Of a stretch of DNA of 64,000 nucleotides, positions 37,207-51,810 are shown one piece after another. Both the position numbers and the translations under genes were made by a program. This DNA is from Pseudogymnoascus verrucosus (Eukaryota), in NCBI GenBank assembly GCA_001662655.1, contig KV460224.1; one strand, given 5' to 3'. The notes beneath the pieces were generated by a model. The model was not told the origin of the DNA. It ran no database searches and worked only from the letters and a program-made list of their open reading frames with translations. Within the stretch, counting starts at the first letter, position 1; each line of letters starts with the position of its first letter.

Positions 37207-40036
37207 ATGTCTTCTTCCTCGAACCAAAGGGCTGCGACTATTAGTGACAGGAGGACCACCGCCAGCGGTGAGAATGTTCTGAGCTCCAAAGCCCGTCTGG
37301 CTTCGACTTTGGGAGGAGGAAGCAAAACCGACAGAGATGGACGACAATTGCAGTCACCACAGAATGCGCCCGGTGTCTCGCAGCACAGGCGCATGCCATC
37401 TGGCTCCCACTCCCAGCGCTCCAGCAGAACAGCAGTAGAAGAGAGACGAACAGAGCGCCACACAGTAACAACCCGCGAGACCATCTCTTCTCGACCACGA
37501 AGCCCAGAACGACGACAAGCACCCCCCGTGGTGCCGACAAGCCGCGCCAGACCCGTCGATCGCACGAGATATGCTACGCCAGATGTTAAACCGATACCGA
37601 GCAAACCTGAGCCTCAGCAGCTTCCGTGGGACCCTCAAGCGGTTCTGATACCCCACACCAGCGCGCCATTGGCGGCTCGAATCTCGATCCCCCCCTTGGC
37701 GTCCCAGGCACCGCAATCGTTACAGCCTAGACCTATGCAGGAGCTGTCGCTCGATGCGCAGGAGTCGTCTATTCTGGAAGACCTGCTGTTCGTTTTTATG
37801 GGCTACGAGGGACAGTACATTCGCTTTGCGCCTTCATACAATCCCAGCGCTGAGAAGGAACGGCTTGCTGGTCCGACATTCAAGATACACCCGGGATTGG
37901 ATCCGAGTTTGCGGGACCTTACGACGACGATGCTGAAGATGGCGACTCATTATATGGCTGTGGAAGCATTTGTTGAGGTGCAGAGTCGGGAGGAGTTTGG
38001 GGCTGTGAACCATGCTCTTTGCGCGGCGATACGGAAGCTTTTACAGGATTATCTGGTTCTGATCGCTCAGCTGGAGACGCAGTTCCTCACGAACCCGTCG
38101 TTTACTTTACATGTGCTCAACCTCCATACTCTGCCTACGAGTCATATGATGTTCCAGGTTTATTCGTTGGCGCATGAGATATTAAAACGGAACTCCTTGT
38201 TAGAAGAGGATTTGGAGGACTCAGAGGGTGATTTCGACGACATAGAAAATATTTTGGAGACCCTCCGAGAGGGCGGTGATCTTGGGCCAGGTAGTATACC
38301 TGGAAAGAAGATCTGCAAGGGCGGGAATGTGTTGGGGTTGATCACAAGGAGGCTGGAAACTATGTCGGGAGATCCGGCGGCGAGAACGCTGCTGACTGGT
38401 TTGCTGCGAGATGCAAGCCGACCGTACATGATGATGCTGAACGAGTGGCTTCATCATGGAAGCATAAAAGACCCGCATGCAGAGTTCTTGGTTAAGGAGC
38501 AAAAGAGTATCAAGCGTGAAAGGCTGGAACAGGACTATACGGATGAGTACTGGGAACGGCGATATACGGTTCGAGAGCAAGATGTGCCTCCACAGCTAGA
38601 GGCTGTCAAGGATAAGGTCCTCCTGGCTGGAAAGTATCTCAATGTTGTCAGAGAGTGTGGTGGAGTGGATGTGAGCAAGGCCGTCAAGGACGTCCCAAGG
38701 TCATTCGACGACAATCGATTCCTAGACAACGTCAACAGCGCATACGCACATGCAAACGAGTCGCTTTTGAGGCTCTTACTCACAACCCATGCGCTCCCTG
38801 CACGCCTGAGGTCGCTGAAGCATTACTTCTTCTTGGACCAATCGGATTTCTTCTCTTACTTCCTTGAATTGGGAACATCTGAGCTTCGGAAGCCGGTCAA
38901 GGCTGTCAATACAAGCAAGCTGCAGTCGCTGTTGGATCTCGTTCTACGCCAGCCTGGCAGTGTTGCTGCTCTTGATCCTTTCAAGGAGGATGTCAAGGTT
39001 GAGATGAACGACATTAGCTTGACAAATTCGTTGACAAGAGTTGTCAACATTTCTGGCATAGAAGAAGGCGAGAAATTCCAGGCCCCGGCGCAGACGACAG
39101 CGGAAACCGAGAAGTCGGCCATTGGCTATACATCTCTTCAACTAGATTACTCGGTTCCATTCCCTGTATCTCTGGTTATCAGTCGCAAGACAGTGTGGAG
39201 ATACCAAGCTTTATTCCGATATCTGCTGTCGCTTCGCTATCTGGAGCAGCAGCTCGTTTCGAGCTGGCAGACTCACAACCGAGCAACGGTGTGGACTCAC
39301 AAGAGCTCGCACAGGCCTATCGAGATGTGGAAACGAAGGGCCTGGACATTACGAGCCCGTATGCTTGTGTTTGTGCAGCAGCTGTTATACTTCTGCACTG
39401 CTGAGGTTATAGAGCCGAATTGGCAGGCTCTCATGGCACGGCTGAAGACCAAGGACGAGAACAAGGATGACGGCGCGCCAGCGAGTCGCACTGTTGATGA
39501 GCTGATGCAGGACCACGTTGACTTTCTTGATACGTGCCTGAAGGAGTGCATGCTCACTAATAGCCGGCTATTGAGGGTGCGTAGTGTCTTTTCTAAACAT
39601 TGTTTATATACATACTGACGATTGATAGGTGCACTCGAAACTCATGCAAACGTGCTCCATGTTCGCCAGCTACACGGCATGGCTCTCAAGGGAACTGGAG
39701 AAGACCGATACGGACTTGAACGGCCCCAACAAACCCAATAACATGAGCAAGAAACAATGGCAACGCTTCCAAGACGAGCGAAGCGCGCGACACTCCGACT
39801 CGACCTCCTCCAACGCTGGAAAAGTCAGCGAGGCCGCCAGACTCGAGAAAATCAACGAGACGCTCCACAAATACGAATACAACTTCAGCAGACATCTCCA
39901 GATTCTGCTGGATAGTCTCAACCACTACGCCGCCACCGAGACCGTCGTGCTTCTCGGCCTCTGCGCCAGGCTCAGCACGGCAAACCAGGGAACGCCGTTC
40001 AGTGGTCTGAGGACTGATGAGGATGGTATTGCATGA
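37207..40036 (+). CDS. SPC97: gamma-tubulin complex component GCP2 (Spc97/Alp4), 2 exons
   Basis: ILEDLLFVFMGYEGQYI, YTDEYWERRY, LAGKYLNVVRECG, LKHYFFLDQSDF, FLDTCLKECMLTN; intron 39577-39628. Confidence 0.9.
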
Positions 40037-40340
40037 TCGGCTGTTTTTCTGAATAAATATTGAAAGTATTGAGCGGCGTTTGGGGAAAAGGTTTAATGAT
40101 ATCCATGTCTACCAAGAAAGTTTCCTCTTGATGAAGCGACCTGTGGAGTTTTACATACCAAGCCAGAATGGGCAGATCCGGTGATGATAGCTGGATAGGA
40201 GTAGCGTCTCATTAGATGTATATAAATGTACTGTACAATAAATGCCTCAATGGCACTCACAATATTCCGTTCCCAGCCACCCCCAGTGCTCAATTGCATC
40301 GTACAACCCCTCCAGCCAAAACCCGCTGACTATCAATCCC

Positions 40341-40952
40341 CTACGCCAACAACTCCTTCACAATCCTCGCCACATCCGCCCTCTCCACATTCCTCTCCCC
40401 CAACACCTCCTTACTAAAAACCTTCTTCAACACCTCCCCCATCTGCACCTTCTTCTCCCCGGCCTCCTTCCTCAACCCCTCCACCACCCCCCCAACAACC
40501 GTCCTAATCTCCTCCTCCCCCACCGTCTTAACCTCCCCAATATACTCCTCCATAACCCTCACCTGCTCCGTCTCCTTGTCCGCCAAATCCTGCCTCCCCG
40601 CCTCCACGAACTCGGCAGCGGCCTGTTTGCTCGCCGCGGCGTTCTTGCGCACGAGAGCAAGCATCTGCATGTCTGTCACGATGGGCGAGTTGGTCTTGGA
40701 GGCGTTGAGGGATTGCGAGAGCAGCGCGCGGAGGACGTTGAGCTTGTTCTTGTCTTTGTCTTGCATGGCGGTTTTGAGATCCTTGCTGTGCAGCGCGGGG
40801 GGTTAGTGGGGTGTCTTCTTGCCCGGAGGGATGGGTAGGGGAGAGCCTTACCGGATCTTAAGCAGCAATGGGGGCGCGGTTCCAGTGCCCGTCGTGCTGG
40901 AATAGAGACGGCAGCATGGTCGCGCAGCTCTGAATACAGTTCGGGAAAGCAT
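40341..40952 (-). CDS. AIM41: mitochondrial YqeY/GatB-domain protein
   Basis: Presequence-like MLSRTVFRAARPCCRLYSS, then LLKIR-KDLKTAMQDKDKNKLNVLRALL...AGRQDLADKE; one intron about 40786-40851. Confidence 0.82.
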
Positions 40953-42973
40953 GATGGCGTATATGTGCTATTCGTTGAGTTATCGTGAAGCTGTTCCGAA
41001 CCCAATTGATCAATCGCGCGGTGCTATGTTGCTCGTGATGTCAACTTTTTTGCCTGGCCCGTTACCCGGAAATGGGAGGCTAGACGCGCCGTCCGAGACG
41101 CGGGCCGTAATCATTGCGGGACCCCTGCAAATCATGGGGGGGGGTTGCGTTTTAAGGTTTCCATTAAGTCGCTTCCCGTCCGAAGTTCCACGTTGTTCAG
41201 GGAGTAAATGCGGTAAATGCGGTACTTCACTCTCCTAGGGTGTGTGTAATATCAAATTTGGTTCTTTTGCCCCTGGAGACTGCATATATGGCCCGTCTCT
41301 AGCCAGATCTAAACAAGTCTCAAGAAAATAGGACGGGATGAGTTCTTTTTAATTTCTCGTTCTTATTTTTAGTTGATTTTACTTCAAGAGACACCGCCTT
41401 TTCAATTGTAATTTACCCACTTTTACTAATTCCACAAGGGCAAGAGAACTTTCCATATCGGGTCAACCACTGAACTGATCATGTGCTTGCCATGCTCCGC
41501 TTCGATGCATCGTGATTTCAATAAGTACAACGGGCGTGATATTACCAAAGTAGACCCGTTCCTGCATCCTCGACATATATAGGAAGGAGCAGAGATGAGG
41601 GGATATTTGAGGGAATAGCATGTGCAAAACAGTCTCAGATGGAAAGTAAGGTTGCTTCCGCAAGCAACTCTCACACGTTCCATCGGAGTATGCTCCGTAA
41701 ACCCATACCGTCCCGCAATAGTCGTATTAGATATTAGAGCCCTTGCTGATTATCGTTTGAAAGTCAGGCCGCAGGATTTTCAGGACCGCACTAGAGTATA
41801 AGTAGTTCAGTTCCGGGCGTCCTCATGCTGTACTCTGAAGCTTGGACGCAGCCTATGCTATTCGCGGGCCACCTATACCTTTCTGAGACCAAGAACAACT
41901 GTTTTTATCTCCTCATCTAGATTCCATTCGACGCCTCAACGTCATGACATCATCAAGACCCTGTATGTCTCCTCAGGGGGCCAAAGAAATTGGGAGAAGA
42001 AGGGAACTCATGCAGGCGAACACTTGCCTTGTTTTGGTCGGTACTCAGCCCGAATACAGCCATACACAGCCATACGGATGATGCAACCAACCATCGCTTA
42101 CAACGTAAGGCAAGGTAATCGGGTCAGACCTGATTTGGCGGGTCGAACTTGGTGTGCTGTACCGAATTACCGGTATCAAATATTTCACACAGGGCGCTTG
42201 CCTGGGTAGCACAACCATGCAAGCGTAGATTTTCCCTTGATGTTTAAGACGGCGGGATGTCGGGTCAGCCAAGGCAAGTGGTACAGTGGTAACGTACAAG
42301 GCTAGTAACGGGTGTAGGCTGCTTCCTTTGGAAACGGAGCGAAGTTTTCGCCCTATTGAGTGCCCGCCACGCTCACACGGCTCGTCTGCCCCTAGTTAAC
42401 TTCTCGGCCCCAAGGAGCAGATTACTTAACGGTGCGCCATCGTCCTGTCCAACGTGGCTATCAAGCGTGTTTCTGGCCCTAGACGGTCCAAAACAGCCTA
42501 TCCTATATTCCATTCGCTTCAGCCAACCGGCCCACTTCGACGTACTGTAGTTCCAAAATTCCTGTGGGAGAAATACACCAAAATCCCGGGAGGCATGATA
42601 TCCAGTTGAGAGACGCCGTGTAACCTTAGCGGCAACTGATTAACACCAAGTTGAACACTCCGCCATCGTCTGTATGATTAGCCAAAGTCCGTTGTCGGTA
42701 TATCTCCGCATATCTTAGCTTTTTGTAAGCAATTCTATTGGGTTGGGCATGTCGCTCATCAGCAACCATGTCAGCCTTTCCAACAGCTCAATAATAATTC
42801 CAACAGTGTGATAATTAGTCCCGGTTGGTGTACAGTAGTTGGGCTTCCTATGAAGGCTGGCAGGAGAAGTCCAACACATCAACGACAACCAAGGTTTAAA
42901 AAAGTACAAGCCATCGTCCCAGCAAATCGGTCAGAGTCTGACAAACGGTCGGAAACATAGTACTCCTCCCAAG

Positions 42974-44862
42974 ATGTCGTCCAGGTAAGCCACCGATTTA
43001 AGTCCATCCGCATTAATATGTGCGGAGTTGACGTCGGATAAGTTCTCGTGAGCATGATGAAGGCACCACCGAAGTTGACCCCCGCTATCTGGAAACGGTC
43101 ACATACCATAACAGGGAGTTCCAACAGCATTCCGTAGAGAATTCAATATATCTCTCGCCTATTGACGAGGTGATAATCGACATGCCTCCAGCAGGGGCCT
43201 CCTGATACCCTAAGGTTGTCGCTAACTTGCGGTAGGACGAGATTGAGCGCCTGACGCGCCAGCACAGGCTTCTTTCCATCGTCTTCGACGAACGACTCGT
43301 ATTTCCGCCCATCAATAACCCAAGAAGAATCCTCGACTGTGGACATGGATCTGCGTCATGGGCTGTCGACGTAGCTGAGCAGTATCCGCGCTGCGAGGTT
43401 TGTAGACGTTCATCTTGCAACAGCGATACTCCTGAATCAGACACAGCGAATGGTCCTCCGCGCAAGCGACAAGGAGCGACAAGGAGCAATGCAAATACGA
43501 TGACTATAACCATGCCTGAACGATCAATGAGCTGACTTTCCTCCAACCATTTTAGGTCTATGGTGTCGACATAAGCAGCCACATGCAGCCAGATGAAATA
43601 CCTGTCAATCTCCATCTCCAGGTATGTTTCGACGCATCAAATAGTACCCCTCTTTTCAGCGTTCTCGGTCGCTGCTTGCCCTTGATATTCCAATTTCGCA
43701 ACCTGAGCCTTGCCACCACACTGCGGGTTACAATCCCACAGCCAAAGGTCGAGCAATGTGGGAAACGGCGTCCATAACTCGTCTTTGGTGATCCGCACAG
43801 CTGATGGACAACACATGCTGATGAGCTTGATACCTAGGTCGATGACCTCAACCGAAGGTTAGTTGGACCCAGGACCTTTGATCGAGACTATAACCTGACG
43901 ATAGTTCCAGATTCACTTTTGCTCGAAACTCATTCGACATAGTCCATTCCCAGCTCGTAGCAGGTGATGATGAACCATCCTGTCATGTCCAAAGCCCGAA
44001 GCTAATGGATCCAAACAGGTGGCATCAACGCAGCGCGATGGACCACATACCTCCGAGACCTATTCCGCGTTACAAGACCAGGTGCGAAACAAACCCTTCG
44101 AAGGATTGATTGATAGTTGTTGATTTATGCGCTCCACAGGTGGATGGTGCCAAATGGTCGAAGTCTATTACCAGGTTCAGTCGTACAACGGCACGTTGAC
44201 CGATGGTATGCTGTTGAAGTCTCGAAATAAACTGGCTGAGATGTTGATTATATGGCAGAACATGGCCTTCGACAGTGGAGCACACGAATGTTCCAAAGCA
44301 TGGAAGGCCTCAAGGATCTCCGAATGCCTCTGCACCTAGCCAATGCAATGCGGACCGCCGGGTTCGTAGACATCGACCATAGAATGATACCTTTGCCCAC
44401 CTGCGCATGGTCCGATGGTGAGTTGAACTTCGGCCAGCAATGCAAATAGTCGTCAGGCACTGACTGGGATAATCAACCAAGACGAACGAGAACGAAGGAT
44501 CGGCACTGAAAACAGAGACAACGTTCAGAGCTTTCTCTCATCTCTAGCAATATACCCGTTGAGTATGTTACTCTGCTGGCATTGTTGATTGACAGAATCT
44601 GTCTCTAATACAATCCAAACAGCTGAGAGGCTCGGAATGGCACCGAATGATGCTCAGCTTCTGATAGCCCATGCCCGAAATGAAGCGAATAATCCAGCAT
44701 TCAAGGTAAGTGGCATTACCAACAGTTGGCAGCATTTCTAATCCAGTGGGGGTTCGCAGGCGTATTTTCCACTGTAAGTACAATGCCCGTGTTCGTAGTA
44801 TATGGCTGACAATTCCCGCAAGATATGTTTGCATCGGTCGAAAGCCGCCTCAGTCAAGATAG
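42974..44862 (+). CDS. LaeA-like class I SAM-dependent methyltransferase, 13 exons
   Basis: Manual splicing gives YLSPIDE-DEIERL..QH, RILDCGHGSASWAVDVAEQYP, VYGVDIS, VDDLN, RPGGWCQMVE, AGFVDI, YVCIGRKP. Confidence 0.85.
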
Positions 44863-46962
44863 CTTTGGCGTCGAGCAGAGGTGTACGGCGGTACAACGCG
44901 TCTCTTGCAGAATGCCGCAATGCATACTGGGATGCGTTCCACTTGGGCAAAAGTAGCATGTTACTGAAGTATGTATACGAGTTGTTGTCGAGTGGGGGAT
45001 CGCCATAAGCGGGACGCTTTGGATATCGTCGTTTGGGGAAAGAGCGCTTGGTAATATTAGTAAATATATCCTGGTGTTACAATCTAGAACCTACATACCA
45101 ATTTCGATTGGGTTGGCAGGAACAGACGACTGATGCTTGTCCATTGGATCTGTTACACCGAGCCCATTGGAGAGTAGGCAGGCGCGTCCGTGAATGCTCG
45201 TCGTGGCTTTCAAAGTATCAATTTTGCTTGCTTCTTTCTTGCGAGACTCTTCTTCGCCATCCCACAGGATAATAACAGAGATTCCTGATCTACCGAGTTC
45301 CGTGAAGCCCATGGTGACGTTGAAGACCTTGGACTCCGTGAGAGTACAGAGTAGCAAAGCTGCCTCCACGATTGACGTGTCACTCCCAATGAAGAAGCTT
45401 TGCCTTCATAGGTCAGTTCGTGTCTCCAATCTCTCCGTGAGGGCTATTGTGGATGGATAATTGATAGGCTGTCTGGCTCTGAGCATAGTTGGGCAGGTTT
45501 GCTGCCTGACAACACCCAGGAGAAGGTAGTGATGACGTTTATGATAACCAAGCCGATGAGAACGCCGCGAAGAGCGCCTCTATCATCACAAATGCGTGTC
45601 AGAGGGGTAGAGAATTCCAGCAGCGATTGGATGTAGGTATAAACAGTCCCTCTCACATCGCCAAGGCATGTTCTACCCCTATCGGCGCAGAATCGTCTTG
45701 TGTGAGGCAGGAGCACAGTCGTCGCCGGCTATGATGACGCCCTCGCGAAGCAGAAACGTCATATTCTGGACAACATTGAGGTGGACGATAGCAGGAAGTT
45801 TACGAGAGATTGAAGAGAAGATTATAGTATTATTACAGCCTCTTGAGATACCTTAAACACATCACACACCTCTACCCGGATGGAGCTAGGTTTCCCTTCG
45901 CTACCAAGCTGTCGGAGAGCTCACTTACGCGCCGCGCGCGTAAAGTGTTTGGGTGGGCAAACGCGGTCATAAGAGCAGAATCAGCGACTCAAAATGGGGA
46001 GTATGACGTTTACATGGTATATTACGGGTTAATGATATATTTATACAGTTTAGGGATGTCCTGGCGCGACGACTGAGGGCATTCTATTGCCAGAACTGTA
46101 CGACTATGGTACCAGAATCACACATCACAGTTTCCCTTCTCCTTCCTGCGCACAACGAGCGCGTTCGGCTTTTGGAATAAAAAAGGGGCTCCGGGGCAAA
46201 AAGCAAACACATCATATTTCTCAGCTACCCGCGCCGTCTCGATATCTGCAGAACCCATAAAATATGCCTTGCAGCCGCGACTCGATACGCTCATTTCCTT
46301 CTTGGACACTTTGTACTAAGTTTAGAGCAATGACCATGTCGATTCAGGCGATGGGAATCTCAATCCCGGGTCCCCGGAGGCCCGATTTGGAATTAGTTCC
46401 CGCTCCCAAACCTTAAAGCCCGCATAAGGATCTGGTCACATGACATTTATTATCCCTTCTTGCCCCTGACAGCGTTATAATACAAAAAATAGCTACAACA
46501 TAGCCCTGCAACAATGTGAAGTTTGAACTGTCGAAAATATAGAACAGTTCCTTGCTTTGCGGCTTAGTATCACATCCCAATCATTAGCCCCGTCCACTTT
46601 TATTTTCGCAAGGGGAGAAAGAGGTCAGAGCAGAGAACGTTTGACTTGTATGGTCCAGTAAGGAAATATATCTACACAGCGCTACAAATGTATATACTGT
46701 CCAATCCTGGATTTTGATTTCACTCATTATCACCACTATCAATATTAACTATTGCGAATTATAAATCCATGTATTTACTACCGAATATCTGATCTGTACC
46801 AGCCAAATAATACTTATTGCGTCTTTGGCATTTGTGTTGTCCCGTAAATTTATAGATCACCGATAACTACGGTGGTTTTAGTGGCAATTTGTGCATCTAG
46901 AAATTCTTCATACTCAAACTTCTGCCAGCCTCGTCTGCGCAACATTGTTCACGCCAGAATAA

Positions 46963-48222
<1,260 letters not shown>

Positions 48223-48494
48223 GTTGCATCGCTGGGAGCGACTGTCATTTTGGCGATGGAGTATCATGGCTAGCATTTCGTGGAAAGGCGTTTTATGTTT
48301 TCAGATATCATGCCCTAGGACTGGAGGAGATGGGATGAGTTGGTGTGTATGGTAGTGAGCCAAGCAGTACCAGACTGTGTATTTATTACCCTCAAGGATG
48401 ATTATGCATATCCCATTCCACACCCGTCAAACCTTACTATACTATACAATGATCGTCACACAAACCCCCTTATCCCCTAACCCACACACAACCC

Positions 48495-49207
48495 TCAAAC
48501 CTCCGCCTCACTCTCATCCAACTCCTTCATCCTCTCCCTAAACTCCGCCGCCTCCGCCCTCATCACCTCCGTACTCCTCGCCTCCCTCATCTCATCCTCA
48601 ATCCTCGGAAACCTCCCCCCCGGCACCGGCCTCCCCACCACCTCCCTATCCCACAAATGCCCCCCCACATTCCCCCCCTCCCCCGCCATCTCATCATAAA
48701 TCCCATCTCCCTTCCCATCCCCCCTCAACCTCGGGATGATATGGCAATGCACATGCGGCACGCTCTGGCCCGCCTCCACGCCGTCCTGGATCGCGATGTT
48801 GAACCCGCCCTCTTCGGGGGTGCTGGGGGACGGGAAGTGCATTAATGCGATCATGCGCTGCACGCGTTGCACGGTCAGGAAGAGATCGTTTACTTCGGGG
48901 GGGGTGAGGTCCGTGAGTCGTGGGACGGAGCGGTGGGGGGAGACGAGGACGTGGCCGGGGAGGAGAGGCTTGATGTTCACGAGGGCGAAGGAGAGGGGGG
49001 TTGTGTAGAAGACCTGGGGAGTGGTTAGCTATAGACTCTTTCTTGTTTTTGAGTGTATTCTCCCCCCTATATGTTGCTCAGGAACTGGACAAGCAACGTG
49101 GGGTGGTATATATAAATCACGTGATAGGGGAGGATAAAGTTGATCTGTACCTGGTCTGTGACCTCGAATGGGCCAAAGAATATGGGCTTGCCATTCCCGG
49201 AGGACAT
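48495..49207 (-). CDS. HNT2: HIT-family dinucleoside triphosphate hydrolase (Fhit-like)
   Basis: IFFGPFEVTDQ-VFYTTPLSFALVNIKPLLPGHVLV; QDGVEAGQSVPHVHCHIIPR histidine triad. Confidence 0.9.
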
Positions 49208-49975
49208 GACGCGTCGAAATAGTTTAGAAGTCATATATCTCATGTATAATCCTGCCCAGCTTTGTTGTCCCCGTTTTCGTTGTACTCGAGTACTGTATAG
49301 TTGAGTGACGTGACCTTGAGCTTGAAGAGCGGCAGGAACGTCGGGAGTGGCTTCCCCAGGCGTTACCAGGCTAAAATACCCAAGTGCCGGCCCGCGGGAA
49401 GGACCTCCACCTATTCGCTTACCATATACCTTCTGGACAATCATATATCCCCGGCATCAAAGTAGTCTTAACTTCCGGAACAGCTTTCTCCGCTCCTAAC
49501 ATCCAGTCGTTGGTGCCCATACCCTTCTTTACCACTTTATATGCTGCAGTAGCGCTGGCGACAACTCCCACTCATATATCCACTGCCCCTATACTAAACA
49601 AAACGATATATAGCTTATAGTGCTATGCCCGCAACTATCCCCCCCATAGTACTCCAGATCATGAGGGACCCCCCAGATCTTCAAGGGCGGCCATTCAGGC
49701 ACCATGTTTATATATGAGACGGCCGGCTCAAATTGCCGCCAGCGAAACAGATCACCATCATCTGATTCAATCAGGCCAGCTCCGGGGTCATGGCCCTGTT
49801 GTCTAAATAGATTGGCATACGGTAAGGAAGTGATCATCTCATTCCCGTCTTGGTCCAGTGCTTAGTTTAAAGCCCAGCCTGCGTCCCTTCTTGACCGTTC
49901 TTTTTTTTTTGCTCTCTCTCGTCTCCATTCTCCTGTCTTCTCATCTATTGCTGCTGCTCTCTGTTATTCGTCAAG

Positions 49976-51112
49976 ATGCTCAAGGCTCTTTCGATCCTCG
50001 CCTCAGTCGGGTCTGCCCTGGCAGGCACCATCCTCTGGGATGGCCGCATGAACGACTTCACCTCCAGTGCCGACCTGAACAAATGGTCCTGGTCCAACCA
50101 AGTCGGTCCCTACCAATACTACATCGTAAGCCCCCCTTCCCCCCTTCCCCAATCCCACCACTCACACACCCCCCCAGCACGGCTCCGGCGCCGTCACCGA
50201 CTACGTCAACCTCTCGCCCAGCTACAAGAACCCCGCCGACAGCGGCTCCACGCAGGGCGCCAAAATAAGCCTAACCAGCACCGCCTACTGGAACGGGCAG
50301 AACATGCGCCGCACCGAGTTGATCCCGCAGACCACCGCGGCCATCAACAGCGGGAAGGTCTTCTACCATTTCAGCATCATGCGCAGCGCCACTAACGCCC
50401 CGAGCTTGAACCGCGAGCACCAGATCTGCTTCTTCGAGAGCCATTTCACGGAGCTGAAGTCGGGGTGGATTAGTGGCGCGGCGGGGACGAGCGATCCAGC
50501 GCTGAGATGGGAGGTTGGAGGAACGTCCCAGTGGGATGTCGTCTGGGATGCTGGCGTCTGGCACAACGTTGCTTATGAGATTGTAAGCCCCCCACCCCCC
50601 TTCCCCTTTTTTCCCCAAGCCCATAGCAACCCCTGACACCCACCCAGGACTTCTCCGCCAACACAGTAGCCTTCTGGCACTCCACCGGCTCCGCAGCCCT
50701 AACCCTCGCCCACGCCGCCGTCTCCAGCTCCACCTCCTCCAACGGCGCCGACTGGCACCTCGGCGTCCTCGAGCTCCCCCGTGACGGCTACCCAGACAGC
50801 AACGAGGACTTCTACTTCAGCGGCGTGTACATCGAGTCTGGCACTTTGACCACCTCCGTCGCCGGCCCCGGTGGCGTCGTGACTAACCCCTCCAGCAGCA
50901 GCGTTGTCGTTGTCCCGACGAGCACGGTCGCGACGACGATGAAGTCGACGACGAGCGCGGCTGCGACGACGAGCGCGCCGCCCACGCAGACGAATGTGGC
51001 GACCGCGCCAAAGTGGGGGCAGTGTGGTGGGAATGGGTGGACGGGGCCGACAGTTTGTGCGGCGGGGAGCACGTGTAAGGTGTCGAATGAGTGGTATTCG
51101 CAGTGTTTGTAG
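49976..51112 (+). CDS. secreted GH131 beta-glucanase with C-terminal CBM1, 3 exons
   Basis: Signal peptide; [49 protein letters not shown] linker; [32 protein letters not shown]. Confidence 0.9.
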
Positions 51113-51810
51113 AGGGGACGTGGGCGTGAAAAGGGTGGAGAGAGAGGTGGGTGGGGGGGAGAGAAGGGGGTGGAGATAAGAAGGGGGGGAAGGACTGAAG
51201 TTTGGAGAGAGTATATAGTTGGATGTTCAATGTAAATATTCAGAACCCAGTACTAAAATGCTATGCCTCCGTCCATATTCAACCTATGCATTTCTAGCTG
51301 TGACGTCGCAAATAATTATTGGGGTTGCATTATTTTTATTTGTATATTGTTGACGATATATTTTTATTTTATGAAGCCAAAAATATAATGGAATTTTATA
51401 AGAGGACAACAAATAGTGGAAGATTCCAACTATGCCACTAACTTGCTGTTGATATATGTCTCTATTGTATTATCAATACAAGTATATACATTACATGGCA
51501 TGCGCCATCCCAAGTGTAATAATGCCGTTCTCTAGCTCATCAACAAATCCATACTTTTATCCAGCCCCTGAATCGTGATGGCAAGACTAGTATGGCAAGA
51601 TGACCTGTGAGCGATGTGCTAGATGGCGTTCCTGCCTCAACTGAACTTAGTAGGCCATCTCTAAAGGGACTCCGTGAGGGAGGAGTGGGTTTATTAAAAC
51701 CTGGGCCCCATACCCTCAGCCACTCTACGGGTATCATCTTCATCTCCAACACGCACGGCGCCATCGTAGAACCACCATATTTGATATACAAAAAACCGCA
51801 CCCCACCACC

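Noticed and set aside
45030..46310. Coding-like fragments between the methyltransferase and KRR1
   Set aside because: Stops in every frame I tried and no recognisable family; may be an old pseudogene, but I cannot support it.
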